Shown in pieces: positions 29,904 through 39,605 of a stretch of DNA of 64,000 nt. The notes under the pieces are model-generated. The model was not told the DNA's origin and made no database searches. It saw only the letters and a list, made by a program, of their open reading frames with translations. Both the position numbers and the translations under genes were made by a program. Each line of letters begins with the position of its first letter. Position 1 is the stretch's first letter. The DNA lies in NCBI GenBank assembly GCA_965222075.1, contig OZ244937.1, positions 1,568,001 to 1,632,000 of the forward strand. The letters are read 5' to 3'. The DNA is from Candidatus Latescibacterota bacterium (GTDB taxonomy: Bacteria; Latescibacterota; UBA2968; GCA-2709665).

Positions 29904-32900
29904 TCACAGCTTCAACGCTTTGGTTTCGCTTCCGGAGTTGGGAATCGAAATCCGGTCGCCCGGTTTGAAATCCAGAATCTCGAACCGCCTGCCTGCCTGC
30001 TTGCGCCTGTCTGCGTGCGACGCACAGGCAGGCGCTGCGCGCAGGCAAGCCTGCAGCCCCTCCACCGATTCCAGCCGGATCTTCTTAAACGCCAGCAAAT
30101 CGACGATGCGGGACTGAAACGACCCGTCCTCCGTGCGCAGCACCTTCCCCTGGTATTCGCCCTTGTCTCCGCTGTTGTTGAAGCCCCATGCAAACGCAAG
30201 CGGCACGTCGCAGACCAGGACATCCGGGGCCTCAACCGCTTTGACCGTCCCCCTCACCAGCCGGGGATCGCCGTGCTGCAGGACGAGCCGGGCGTTCTGC
30301 CCACCCACGGCGGAGACAACCCGGTAGCCCGAACCGTGAGAATAGGGCGCGTCCGCTTCGGCCGCGTCCACCCGGCACAGCCGCCCGTCCAGGCGCATCC
30401 CGTCGGGCAGATCCCGGTCAATCGCCACGGATTCCGCATCGGCATCCACACCCGCGATCCGGGCCTCAAAACGCGCCTCCGGGAGCGTCGTTTCCGCATC
30501 GCCAAACCGCAAGCGCGTCCCTTCTACCAGGCACAGCTCCACCCGGCCGTTCGCCTCCCGAACGACCCCGAACCGCCCCTCAAGCGCAATCGGAACGCCC
30601 GCTTCGTCCCGGACCTGGACCGATCCGTCACGCGAGAAAAGGACCGTATCGCGTCGGCCGTCGGCCAGGTGTACCCGCACGGCCACGCTCCCGCTGTCCA
30701 CGTCGCGCGCAAGCACGCTTGCCCCCACCACGTTGCGCGCGCCGGAAAACGCCTCCAGCACGCTAACGAACAGGCTCTTCAGATCCTCCCCCTCCCGGCG
30801 GAGTATCACGCGATGAATCTGCTGCGCGCCTCTCAGGTCGGGTCCTTTTGCCGCGATCAGGGTCGCCGCCGGGTCGGCCGGAAACCACACGCCGAAACGG
30901 GTATCCCGCGCATCCCCAAACGTCCAGAGCGCGTATGCGTCCCGATCCAGGCAGGCGGTTTTCACATCGTGGATAAACGCGTACCCGTTCCCGGGCGGTG
31001 AGAGCCATCCGTAGGGCAGCGGACTTCCATCCGGCGCGGCCACGCCCTGGATGCGATCGTTCGGACCGATCCGTTCCCCCCAACTCTTCCCGGGCGCATT
31101 CGCCTCTTCCGAGCCGTCCACCGTCCCCAGCGCAGCCAGCGTCCACACCCCGGGACGGGCGGCAGGAGACACGCCCTCCAGGGAAAACGCCCCCGAATCC
31201 CCCTCCACGAATTTGGGTCCGTTCATCGCATAGTCGTGCATACGCCCGCCGGCCACCGGGAAAATATCCACCGTATAGGACGTCTCCTCGTCCACATCGC
31301 AAAAAATCAGCGCCCGGCGGTACTCGGTCGCCCCCTGGTGGCTCCTGGACAGCGGCGCGGAATACTCCGCGATCTTCACACCCCCCAGATCCTCGAAAGC
31401 AACCAGGTTCGCGCTGGGCACGAACTCGTAGCCCTGAGACGTCGGGATATCCTCGTTTACCGTCACCATCGCGTGGGAGATCGCCCGCATGCCCCACCCC
31501 CGATGCACGTGCGAACCGGCCAGCGCGTAGCCCACGTCTTCGATCACGGTCCGGCCCTTATCGTAGAGAAACAGCGCCAGCTGATCGTCCTGTGCCAGCA
31601 GGTTCGCGCCCCCCCGCACAATCAACGCCCGCGCCCGGTCTCCCGTCCCGCTTCGTAGCACCACCACCCCCTTGTGCCCGGCGAACGAAGAAGTGGATGG
31701 AAACCCGCCTGCCTGCGCAGCGTACTGCGCTGCAGGCAGGCCCCCGGCTTCCCCGGTCGGCCCCGGAACGGTATTGAACAGCGCCCAGGTGCCACGCCGG
31801 ACGTTCTCCGCCTTGCCATCCGACAGATCCAGCATCAGCTGCTCCGCCCGCTGCCGGGTCTTTGCGTCCCCACTTCGGAAATAGAGCCGTTCCAACAGAG
31901 ACCAGTGGCTGGACATCACCTCCCGTTCGGACGGCGGCCAGTAGCCCGGCCGCGCGTTCGTATTTCCGTAAGACGGAATGCGCCCGCACGCCCGGATCAA
32001 CTCGGTATACTCCAGGCACAGACGGACCAGACGGGGGTGGTCAAAGGCGTTTTGCATGCCCATCAACGCTTCCGCCTGAGGATAATCCCCGGCGGAAGCG
32101 TACTTGCCGGGATCGTAGTGGTAGAACAACTCCGCAACATCCTGCATCAGCGTGCCGGAGAAATACGCGTACATCTCCGAGTTCTCATAATATCCCCCAT
32201 CCCTGCCGATCACATTCTCCAGAAACGCCCGGAAAGCGCGGCCTGTCCAGGTGATGAACTCGGGTCTATCCGTCGCCAGCCCGATCGACAGCAGCGCCCG
32301 GTACCCGTCCAGCTCGTGGTTCTGAAAGTGTGTGAGATTCCCCTCCCACAGATTGTAACCCCCCCCTTCGGTCATCACGTAATCCTCTAACATGCCCTGG
32401 GCAATATTCTCCCGAATGCGAATGCGCCCGTTCCCCCGTGTCGGGGACACCTCGTCCATCCCGGAGAGGCCGGCCAGCAGGTCGTAGGCCTGCATGTCCA
32501 CAAAACGCTGCCGGTTGACGTGGCAGGTCTCGGCCTGCATCCGCCCCATCTCCCGCTCTTCGCCTTCCGGAATATCCAGCGGCCCGATCGTGGTGGGAGA
32601 CAATGTGGCCAGCGCGTCGTAGATCAGCAGCGCCTTCTCTCCAAACCGCGTCTCTCCGGTAATCGCATAGGCCAGGGCCAGGTTCAGCAGGGCATTGTCC
32701 GTCGGCCCGCCGGACCCGTAGGAGTAGGTCCCCAGCATACTCACGATAAAACTGTTCCACACCGGCACCGGCGCAAACCACTTTCCATCGTCATAAAAAC
32801 CGTGCCCCTCGTCCCGGAACGGAGACCCTTTCCGATCCTCCGGATATTCCCGCCCGCATGCCCCGCAGAACGCACGCCCGGGCTGAGACAGATCGCATTG

Positions 32901-33152
32901 CCAGGCCGCCTTGCAGCAGGGCGTGCCGTTCCGCCCGCTGCAAAAAATCGACCCCCGCCCGGGCACCAGACTCAGAATCTCCCCGTCGGGCACCCGCACC
33001 CACCTCTCCGCAACCTCGCTTATCCGTGCCCATTCCCGTGCGGCCCACGCCTGTGTTTGAATATTGCTACGTGCCTGGCGAATCGCGTCCGGCGTGTACC
33101 AGATGGACCTTCCCGGCTGTGGAATCGGCGCATCCAAATCGACAGGTCGCAT
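29904..33152 (-). CDS. Heparinase II/III-like lyase (1082 aa) carrying two palindromic insertion loci
   Basis: LALAYAITG, FQNHE, DGGYYENSEMY, GVVVLRSG, DDQLAL, SHAMVTVNE. Confidence 0.8.
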   Translation of the reverse strand: MRPVDLDAPIPQPGRSIWYTPDAIRQARSNIQTQAWAAREWARISEVAERWVRVPDGEILSLVPGRGSIFCSGRNGTPCCKAAWQCDLSQPGRAFCGACGREYPEDRKGSPFRDEGHGFYDDGKWFAPVPVWNSFIVSMLGTYSYGSGGPTDNALLNLALAYAITGETRFGEKALLIYDALATLSPTTIGPLDIPEGEEREMGRMQAETCHVNRQRFVDMQAYDLLAGLSGMDEVSPTRGNGRIRIRENIAQGMLEDYVMTEGGGYNLWEGNLTHFQNHELDGYRALLSIGLATDRPEFITWTGRAFRAFLENVIGRDGGYYENSEMYAYFSGTLMQDVAELFYHYDPGKYASAGDYPQAEALMGMQNAFDHPRLVRLCLEYTELIRACGRIPSYGNTNARPGYWPPSEREVMSSHWSLLERLYFRSGDAKTRQRAEQLMLDLSDGKAENVRRGTWALFNTVPGPTGEAGGLPAAQYAAQAGGFPSTSSFAGHKGVVVLRSGTGDRARALIVRGGANLLAQDDQLALFLYDKGRTVIEDVGYALAGSHVHRGWGMRAISHAMVTVNEDIPTSQGYEFVPSANLVAFEDLGGVKIAEYSAPLSRSHQGATEYRRALIFCDVDEETSYTVDIFPVAGGRMHDYAMNGPKFVEGDSGAFSLEGVSPAARPGVWTLAALGTVDGSEEANAPGKSWGERIGPNDRIQGVAAPDGSPLPYGWLSPPGNGYAFIHDVKTACLDRDAYALWTFGDARDTRFGVWFPADPAATLIAAKGPDLRGAQQIHRVILRREGEDLKSLFVSVLEAFSGARNVVGASVLARDVDSGSVAVRVHLADGRRDTVLFSRDGSVQVRDEAGVPIALEGRFGVVREANGRVELCLVEGTRLRFGDAETTLPEARFEARIAGVDADAESVAIDRDLPDGMRLDGRLCRVDAAEADAPYSHGSGYRVVSAVGGQNARLVLQHGDPRLVRGTVKAVEAPDVLVCDVPLAFAWGFNNSGDKGEYQGKVLRTEDGSFQSRIVDLLAFKKIRLESVEGLQACLRAAPACASHADRRKQAGRRFEILDFKPGDRISIPNSGSETKALKL
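29996..30049. mobile_element. Nested palindromic mini-insertion (27-nt outer + 27-nt inner at 30006-30032), in frame
   Basis: Inner unit is identical to 36392-36418; outer is the reverse complement of 1035-1061. Removal gives EGLQAGRRFEI. Confidence 0.82.
31708..31740. mobile_element. 33-nt palindromic mini-insertion, in frame (LPAAQYAAQAG)
   Basis: cctgcctgcgcagcgtactgcgctgcaggcagg. Confidence 0.78.
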
Positions 33153-33187
33153 AAGTCTCCCCTTTCAGTGAAGTCTTTGCACGCACG

Positions 33188-34150
33188 CTAAATTGGCACC
33201 GCGTTCCCCGTATTCGCCGCCTCTCTGGCCGCAAGCGCAATCCGGATGGCGAGCTTGCCATCCTCCCCGGTCGTCAGAGGCGTTTTCTCCTCTCTAACGC
33301 ACCGGATAAAATGCTCGGCTTCGGCCAGCAGCGTCCCCTGAATCCCCCGTTCGCCCATCGGCCACGTAATTGAATCGGCCACCTGGTAGCCCGCATCCGT
33401 AAACACCTTCAGAGGCTGAGACATAAAATCCACGTGCAGAACCCCCGCGTCTCCCAGAATCTCGATGTTCCGGTCCACGCCGTGGGGATAGGTTGCCGGA
33501 TACGCAAACGTCTCGTAAAGCGCCGCGATGGACCCGTTGGGAAACTTGAAAGTCATCACCGCACAATCGGTGAAATTCTGATCCTTCAAAACAAGTTGCC
33601 CCATCTCTCCATACACCCGTTCCGGAGCGCCTCCCATCAACCAGCAGACCAGATCGATATTGTGCGGCCCGGCATAGTTCAAAACCCCTCCGGTTTCATC
33701 GTCGTTCACCCACGCTCTACCCCTCAGCACGGAAAGCGGATGGCATCGCCTGGCAAACATCATCCTGGGCGTGCCGATCTCCCCGGCGTCGATCCGCCTT
33801 TTGGCTTCCGCACAGGGATGGCTGTACCGCTCCGTGAACCCGACCATCAAAATCACACCGTTCTCCTGCGCTTCCCGGATCATCCGGTCCGCCTCTTCCA
33901 AAGAACGGCACATCGGCTTCTCACACAAAACGTGTTTCTTGTGTGCTCTTCCGGCGTGGCCACGATAATCGCCTGAATATCCGGATCGCTCAACATCGTG
34001 TGAAAATCCCGAAACCCCACAAAATTCGGCCGCCTCCTTAGCCGCTCGCATCCGTACTTCAGCGTTGGCGCAGGACCGGATGGCCAGGGCGAAATTCCGC
34101 CCCGCCTTCCCTCCGCCGATGATTCCGATCCCCACGTTTTTTTCGGACAT
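33188..34150 (-). pseudogene. Gfo/Idh/MocA oxidoreductase with internal deletions and compensating frameshifts
   Basis: GIIGGG and HVLCEKPM are in frame, but the conserved LSDPDIQAIIVATPEEH lies in another frame and adjacent helices are missing. Confidence 0.7.
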
Positions 34151-34177
34151 GGCAAATCCCCTGTTGCTCATCCCCTG

Positions 34178-35647
34178 TCAATACAGGTCTTCCGGTGTGG
34201 TGACGGGACACCACCGTGCGGTGACCAGAGCGTCCGTCAGGGCGTTCCGCGCTTCGGGCGTGCCAACACGCCTGAGCGCCAGAGCAGCATAAAACCGGTT
34301 GTACCTGTCATCGTCTTTCAACGCCTTTACCAGGCCCGGCACAGCCGGGGCTGCAGACGGGCCGATTTTCGCCAGCGTCATCGCGGCGTTGCGGCGTACC
34401 CGGTAGTCCCGGTCCGCCAACACATCGGTCAACACGCGAACCGTGGCCGGGGAGAACGCCTCGACCGCGCCCAGGGCCTCAACAGCGTTGCGGCGCACCC
34501 ACCAGTGGTCGTCGCTCAAGCGATCCACAAGGGCCGGTACCGCTGAGCCGGCGCCGGGGCCGATTTTGGCGATCACATCAACCGCCATAGCCCGCACCCA
34601 CCAGTGATCGTCACCGAAAACATCGACCAGGGCCGGGACTGCGGGTGGCCCGATGACAGACAGGGCCACTGCCGCACAGCCTGCGGTGGGATTGGTGCCG
34701 TGCGCATTGTCCGGCGTTTTGGCAGTTGTCTCTTCGATGGACGCCAGGGTTTCCCGGCGCATGGCATCGATCAGAACGGGGACGGCAGGTTCTCCGATGG
34801 CGCCCAGGGCGAAGGCTCCGTTCAGACGGACGGTTTCCGATTCGTCGCGCAGGGCTTCAAGCAGGCGGGGGACGGCTTTCTCTGCAGCTTCCGAACGAAG
34901 GGCGTCGGGTGCGTACCGGCCGCAGAGCCACGACCAGACGTCCAGCGATACGGCCCTGTCCGGAGCAGGGGCATCCCACTCATTGCTGCTGTGATTCCAG
35001 GATGGGAACTGAGGCTCTTGGGTGCGGACGAACTGGAATTTGAGCATATACCGTTTGTTGGCGCTCACATTCGGGGTTGCCCGGTGCCAGGCGTCGAAGT
35101 GGATGAGTGCAACGGTTCCGGCCTTGCCGCAGATCGACACGGCCGGTTCGCGGGTGTACTCAGGATCGGGGTCTGAGACCGTCCTGTAGGTGTGCAGACC
35201 GGACAGAAGGCCGGACGGACCCATGTCTTCGGTCGTATCCTGGGGGTAATAAAAGGCCAGCACCCAGTGAAAGCGTGGGTGACGGATGTTGTGGTCGAAG
35301 ACGTAGCAGTCCTTGTGCCAGCTCTGGCCCTTCCCGCCGGGTGGATTGAGGTGGCAGTGGCGGTGGGGATTCAGGATATAACCCGGCCCCAGGAGGCTGG
35401 TAAGCGCGCCGCACACGGCCGGATGGTCGAAAACCTCCTGAATCCGGGGAACTCTGGGCAGAATATTGTTTCCGACATTGCCCTCTTTTTCGAATACGGT
35501 TTCAATCTGCCGGAAGATGCTTTCGTGGAAAGAAGCGGGATAATCGGCCTGGACGGTCGTATAACCATCCACGATGAACTGCTGGACCGCAGCGTCGTCC
35601 AGAAGATACGCCTGGTCTGCCACATTCCACCTCACTTTCATGTCCAA
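34178..35647 (-). CDS. Phytanoyl-CoA dioxygenase (PhyH)-like domain + HEAT repeats
   Basis: QSWHKD, MGPS, HFDAWHRA, R.MLKFQF, followed by repeated AVPALV..L.D..WVR units. Confidence 0.88.
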   Translation of the reverse strand: MDMKVRWNVADQAYLLDDAAVQQFIVDGYTTVQADYPASFHESIFRQIETVFEKEGNVGNNILPRVPRIQEVFDHPAVCGALTSLLGPGYILNPHRHCHLNPPGGKGQSWHKDCYVFDHNIRHPRFHWVLAFYYPQDTTEDMGPSGLLSGLHTYRTVSDPDPEYTREPAVSICGKAGTVALIHFDAWHRATPNVSANKRYMLKFQFVRTQEPQFPSWNHSSNEWDAPAPDRAVSLDVWSWLCGRYAPDALRSEAAEKAVPRLLEALRDESETVRLNGAFALGAIGEPAVPVLIDAMRRETLASIEETTAKTPDNAHGTNPTAGCAAVALSVIGPPAVPALVDVFGDDHWWVRAMAVDVIAKIGPGAGSAVPALVDRLSDDHWWVRRNAVEALGAVEAFSPATVRVLTDVLADRDYRVRRNAAMTLAKIGPSAAPAVPGLVKALKDDDRYNRFYAALALRRVGTPEARNALTDALVTARWCPVTTPEDLY

Positions 35648-35779
35648 CGTCCCCGGGGGCCTCCCTCAAAGCGGGTGACCGGGACCGCCGGGATGAGGGT
35701 CTATGTCAGGTATCGTGCGCTTTTTCGTATCAGCAAGATAATACCTCTCGCCACGATACACAATGATTTATGACGCTAT

Positions 35780-35807
35780 GTAGGGGCGGTTCGCGAACCG
35801 CCCCTAC
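35780..35807. repeat. GTAG-type REP palindrome
   Basis: Perfect palindrome GTAGGGGCGGTTCGCGAACCGCCCCTAC. Confidence 0.8.
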
Positions 35808-35936
35808 AAAACCACCGTCATCGAAACCGACATCGAGGAGGCGAACGGCGACCGGAGCCCCCGAACCACACCTGGCGGACATTTCGGCAGCAATGCGGCC
35901 CGGGTCGGCCGGTGTCACCGGGTGCTCACAAAAAGG

Positions 35937-35965
35937 AAAGCGGCCCTTGCGGACCGCTTTTTCCC
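35937..35965 (-). terminator. Intrinsic terminator-like hairpin (identical copy at 37948-37976)
   Basis: aaagcggcccttgcggaccgctttttccc, ~35 nt after a minus-strand stop. Confidence 0.65.
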
Positions 35966-36217
35966 CACGACTTGTTGCTGAAGGTGTGGAATGCGTACTT
36001 ATTCAAAAACCTCAAATTGACCGTTCCTGACGATCAGAACAGTCGCTTCGTATACCGCGTCCCCATCGTTGTTAAAAGAGAACTGGCCTAAAATCGTGTC
36101 CAGATTTCTGATACCCGCCATCGCATCTCGAATCGCGCTCGCCTCTGTCGACTAGATGATCCGAAGAATAAAAAATTAGACGGTCTCTGCCTTCGATTCT
36201 ATTTTCCTTATCGTTTA

Positions 36218-36242
36218 CCTGTCTGCCATCTGCACAGGCAGG
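36218..36242. mobile_element. 25-nt palindromic mini-insertion immediately before the transposase stop codon
   Basis: cctgtctgccatctgcacaggcagg; minus-strand flanks GGA^TAA. Confidence 0.85.
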
Positions 36243-36391
36243 TCCGAGGATTCGGTCCAGTTGCACCAAGCCTACAACGGCTCCTGCAATCATCGGGAAC
36301 AGCCCCGCTCCCAGGCGATAATCTTCGCGAAGGATGCGCCATCCTTTGATGCGACGGATGCTGTGTTCCACATAAATACGCTGTTGGGCTA

Positions 36392-36418
36392 CCTGTCTGC
36401 GTGCGACGCACAGGCAGG
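36392..36418. mobile_element. 27-nt palindromic mini-insertion in the transposase (in frame)
   Basis: cctgtctgcgtgcgacgcacaggcagg; removal restores ENRQIAQQRIYVEH. Confidence 0.85.
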
Positions 36419-36531
36419 TCTGCCTGTTCTCCAGACGTTGTTCTGAGGTGAGTTCACCCCCCTTTGGCTTTTTATGGGGTGAGATGATCTGGGGATGGGC
36501 TTGACTCTGATAGCCTTTATCTCCCAGTTTA

Positions 36532-36556
36532 CCTGTCTGCCATCTGCACAGGCAGG
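36532..36556. mobile_element. 25-nt palindromic mini-insertion that frameshifts the transposase
   Basis: Identical to 36218-36242; removal restores NADKLGDKGY. Confidence 0.88.
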
Positions 36557-37574
36557 TCGGCATTGGGAAATTGGGAGTCCACGCCACTTTCTTCGTAAAC
36601 TCGAATATCAGCTTTGGGTCCACGATGGCCTGCATCCACGCTGAGGATCTCTCCCTTTTTATCTGTGGCCACTTGGGTCTTGATCGTGTGGCGCTTGCGC
36701 TTACCCGAGTAGACCTGCCTTTGTCTGTGGTCCACAGAAGGCCTGCAAATGGGCGTTTCAAAGCTGTCAATTAGAACCCGATCCACCTCATCGGGATGCC
36801 AGGAAGGGTCGCTTTTCTTCCACTTCTTCTCCCCATCAAAGCGCTGAGTGGGGCAGACCGCTTGCAGAATCGGCACCACTTCGTGAAAGGTGTTTTCGGA
36901 GGTGTCCGCACTCACACCAAACAGTTGCCCCACCAACGCGTGGGATACGTTGTGACGCAAATAGAGCAAACTCATCAACACCTCTTGATAGGGCCTTAAC
37001 CGTCGCTTGCGTCCTCCCCCTACCCTACGCTTGCGATCAGGACGTGATGCTTGGGCTTGCTGGCGACGTTCTATCATCACCGGCAACACAGCCTCCAGCA
37101 GTTGGGACAAAGCCACTGGCGTAAGACCAAACAGAGCACGGATCTTTCCCGGATGGGTCGTATCAAGGGTGTGCAGATTCATCATCGCTGGCTCCTTGCG
37201 TAAATAGTCAAACAACCTACTCCTGAAGTAGCAGTGAGACAGTATTACGCAAATGGCTTGCCAAAGTCCAGCACTATTTCTCGGATCATCTACTGGGCAT
37301 TCAAGATCGCCCGCGCAAGAATAGGGAATATCGGTGGGAATCTCAAGCTTGCGAGCTTGAGTAAATTTCTGTCTTGCGGACAATGCGAAATTTGCAGATA
37401 TTTGTAGGCCTGGGTAGCCTTATACGGGAGTAGCTGAAACATCGCCCCTGCCCCGGTGCTACCCCCCAAAACAAACGCGAGAAGCATAACCAACATAAGC
37501 CATTAGGCCATCCTTTCGTTCCACAACAAATGGAATAACTGGTTCCAACACACACAACGAAATGAGACCCACTC

Positions 37575-37781
37575 ATGCAACAAGCCCCACCATCACCCGA
37601 TTTTGCCGCCAGGATTTCCCGCCTCGAGGGCGTAGTTGAACAGATGAACCAGCGCCTCACGGCCATCGAAGCACGCCTTGCGAACCTCGAAGCTCGCCTT
37701 GACAGCGCCTTCCGCTGGATTATCGGAATTCAATTCACGTCGCTTGTCGCCCTCGGAACGCTCATCCTGGTTAAGCTCTAA
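37575..37781 (+). CDS. Small coiled-coil protein with C-terminal TM helix (DUF1640/CCDC90-like)
   Basis: Heptads RLTAIEARLANLEARLD, then FRWIIGIQFTSLVALGTLILVKL. Confidence 0.65.
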   Translation: MQQAPPSPDFAARISRLEGVVEQMNQRLTAIEARLANLEARLDSAFRWIIGIQFTSLVALGTLILVKL

Positions 37782-37947
37782 CCCCACGCCGGGCGCCGGT
37801 CCACATCCGCGATTGACCGACGCTTGCGTCCGACATCGAGGACCGTTACGGCGTTGTTGCCGAAGATTCAGCAGGTGAGCGTTGCCCGGTAAGCTCGAAG
37901 CTTATGGGGCGACCTCCACCTTGCAGGATTCCGGCATTCCCAATGAA

Positions 37948-37976
37948 AAAGCGGCCCTTGCGGACCGCTTTTTCCC
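37948..37976 (-). terminator. Intrinsic terminator of the substrate-binding protein gene
   Basis: GC hairpin flanked by A and T runs, ~45 nt downstream of the stop at 38019. Confidence 0.7.
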
Positions 37977-38018
37977 TACCACATTGATCTATTCAATTTT
38001 GAGAAGACAGACGCGGGG

Positions 38019-39452
38019 CTACTCTTCCGGCCAACCATCGGGTATTTCGTTGGCGACGAGGGCAGCCTGAATGGCGATAGCGGCATCGCTGGTAACCCAG
38101 TCGCTCCAAAGATCGGCTTTGGAGCGCAGCCACCAGAGAGCTGCGTCATTTGTGCTGGCCTCCGGATTATCGTGCCGCCAAGCGGCAACTTCTTTGTAGA
38201 GGTCGAGGTCGAGGCCCCAGGCCCGCAGCATCTCGACGACGTCCGCGGCCCTATCCGGCAAACTGGAATGCACCGCAATCAGGATCGTTGGGTCTTCGTA
38301 GGCGCATGCCTTGTTTGTATCCCAGCACTCGTCGCTGAATGCGGGCTCCTCAAGCCGTACCAGGTCCAGGAGCAAGGCCGGGTCACTGGTGCCCCACTGG
38401 TAGCCGAGCCAGGGTTCGCGTTTCTCGTAGGCACTGTACAGGTCGGCGTCCAGAGCGGCGGCATCCTCCGGAGTGACGAGATGTACGTGGTCAGACAGGC
38501 CATAGCCTTCGACCTGGGCGACATTGATGGCCGCGCAGCCCCAGCCGCTAATGCAGGACATCAGGCGCGCTTTGCCTCCAGTCTCCTCGGTCACGAACAG
38601 GTTTTTGAAACGGTCTTCTTTGAGATCTTCTACGCTGTCCAGGTCGGGGTACTGCTCCTGGAGATACGCCGGAATGACAAACGCCGACTGCCAGGTGTTG
38701 CCCAGGCTTGGGCCCACGTTAATCACTTCGCCGGCGGCTTGAGATTCTGCCCAGCCTTCTTCCTGGTTGGGCAGCCAGACCTCCATGAAAACATGGGTCT
38801 CGCCTCTGCGCAGGCTATCAAACAGAGGCAGCGTGGAGCCGGAGATCAAATCGGTAGGATAGCCGTAGCCCTTCTCCACGATATACTGAGCGATGCGGTT
38901 TTGTATCTGGGCACTGGTCCAATCCAGGTCGCTGAAAACGATGGTCTCTTCAGGCTCTTCCGGCTCCGGTGGCAGAACGGATGAACCCAAAACGCGTGCC
39001 TTCCCGCCAACGGGCAAATCAACCATCAACTCATACCCACCGTTAATCGGAATACTCGACCACGAACCCAGCATGCTCCCATCCTGCATGGCGCGCGCCT
39101 GATAATAACCACTCACATCATCCCCCTCAATCTCCACCCTCGCCTCACCACTCTCATCGGTTGTGCCCGACCACGCATAATCTGCTGCCCGTCCTGAAAC
39201 AGAACGCGAGAACTCTACGGTCGCACCACTCACAGGCACCCCATCCTGATGCACCCTGGCCACCACCACAGCCTGCGTCACATCCCTGCTGACAGCCGGT
39301 TTACTCAGCGGCTGTCCAACCTGTTCGCCTGTCTGCCCGACAGGCAGACCTGCATCCGTTATCGGTGATGTTGTCACACGTTCACCGCTGCAACTCCACA
39401 TCACCGCACCGGCAAGCACCAGTACGATCACACTGCAAATACGTCTCAACAT
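38019..39452 (-). CDS. Glycine betaine/proline (OpuAC/ProX-like) ABC substrate-binding lipoprotein with an extra N-terminal beta domain
   Basis: Lipobox-like VMWSC; DLDWTSA, MEVWLPN, SCISGWGC, YQWG motifs. Confidence 0.8.
   Translation of the reverse strand: MLRRICSVIVLVLAGAVMWSCSGERVTTSPITDAGLPVGQTGEQVGQPLSKPAVSRDVTQAVVVARVHQDGVPVSGATVEFSRSVSGRAADYAWSGTTDESGEARVEIEGDDVSGYYQARAMQDGSMLGSWSSIPINGGYELMVDLPVGGKARVLGSSVLPPEPEEPEETIVFSDLDWTSAQIQNRIAQYIVEKGYGYPTDLISGSTLPLFDSLRRGETHVFMEVWLPNQEEGWAESQAAGEVINVGPSLGNTWQSAFVIPAYLQEQYPDLDSVEDLKEDRFKNLFVTEETGGKARLMSCISGWGCAAINVAQVEGYGLSDHVHLVTPEDAAALDADLYSAYEKREPWLGYQWGTSDPALLLDLVRLEEPAFSDECWDTNKACAYEDPTILIAVHSSLPDRAADVVEMLRAWGLDLDLYKEVAAWRHDNPEASTNDAALWWLRSKADLWSDWVTSDAAIAIQAALVANEIPDGWPEE
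39328..39348. mobile_element. 21-nt palindromic mini-insertion, in frame (LPVGQTG)
   Basis: cctgtctgcccgacaggcaga in the linker after the lipoprotein signal; last base deviates from consensus. Confidence 0.6.
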
Positions 39453-39539
39453 AGCGCCCCCCTTTGGTTTTGCCTTCTTCACTACGAACTGCCGACCTTC
39501 GAGTCTGCCGAGTACCTGAGAAATTCGCTTCCCCATTGT

Positions 39540-39568
39540 AACATAAGGGATTTCTCCGTTTACGTCAA
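39540..39568 (-). promoter_or_regulatory. Possible sigma70 promoter of the SBP gene
   Basis: TTGACG-N17-TATGTT on the minus strand. Confidence 0.4.
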
Positions 39569-39605
39569 GTGACACATTCACTTTTTCCACCCGGGCCGTA
39601 CACGA

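Larger units (their letters stand above)
36215..37185 (-). pseudogene. IS5-family DDE transposase inactivated by three palindromic insertions
   Basis: LIDSFE..I.RP, YSGKRKRHTIK, GDKGYQ, N...R.YVEH motifs. Removing 25+27+25 nt gives 894 nt = 297 aa + stop. Confidence 0.88.
36154..37291 (-). mobile_element. IS5-family (ISL2-like) insertion sequence
   Basis: Imperfect TIRs AGATGATCCGAAGAATA / AGATGATCCGAGAAATA; 3-bp TSD ACT at 36151-53 and 37292-94. Confidence 0.85.
35999..37322 (-). pseudogene. 3' remnant of a LivK-like branched-chain amino acid ABC substrate-binding protein, interrupted by the IS
   Basis: Removing the IS and one ACT copy gives ILARAILNAQ-STEASAIRDAMAGIRNLDTILGQFSFNNDGDAVYEATVLIVRNGQFEVFE*. 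Confidence 0.7.

Noticed and set aside
36529-36770. Programmed frameshift joining the two transposase ORFs
   Set aside because: The frame change is fully explained by the 25-nt insertion at 36532-36556.
35937-37976. 29-bp direct repeats as att sites of an integrated 2-kb element
   Set aside because: Both copies sit just downstream of SBP-type stop codons and have terminator structure; no integrase is present, and the IS has its own TIRs and TSD.
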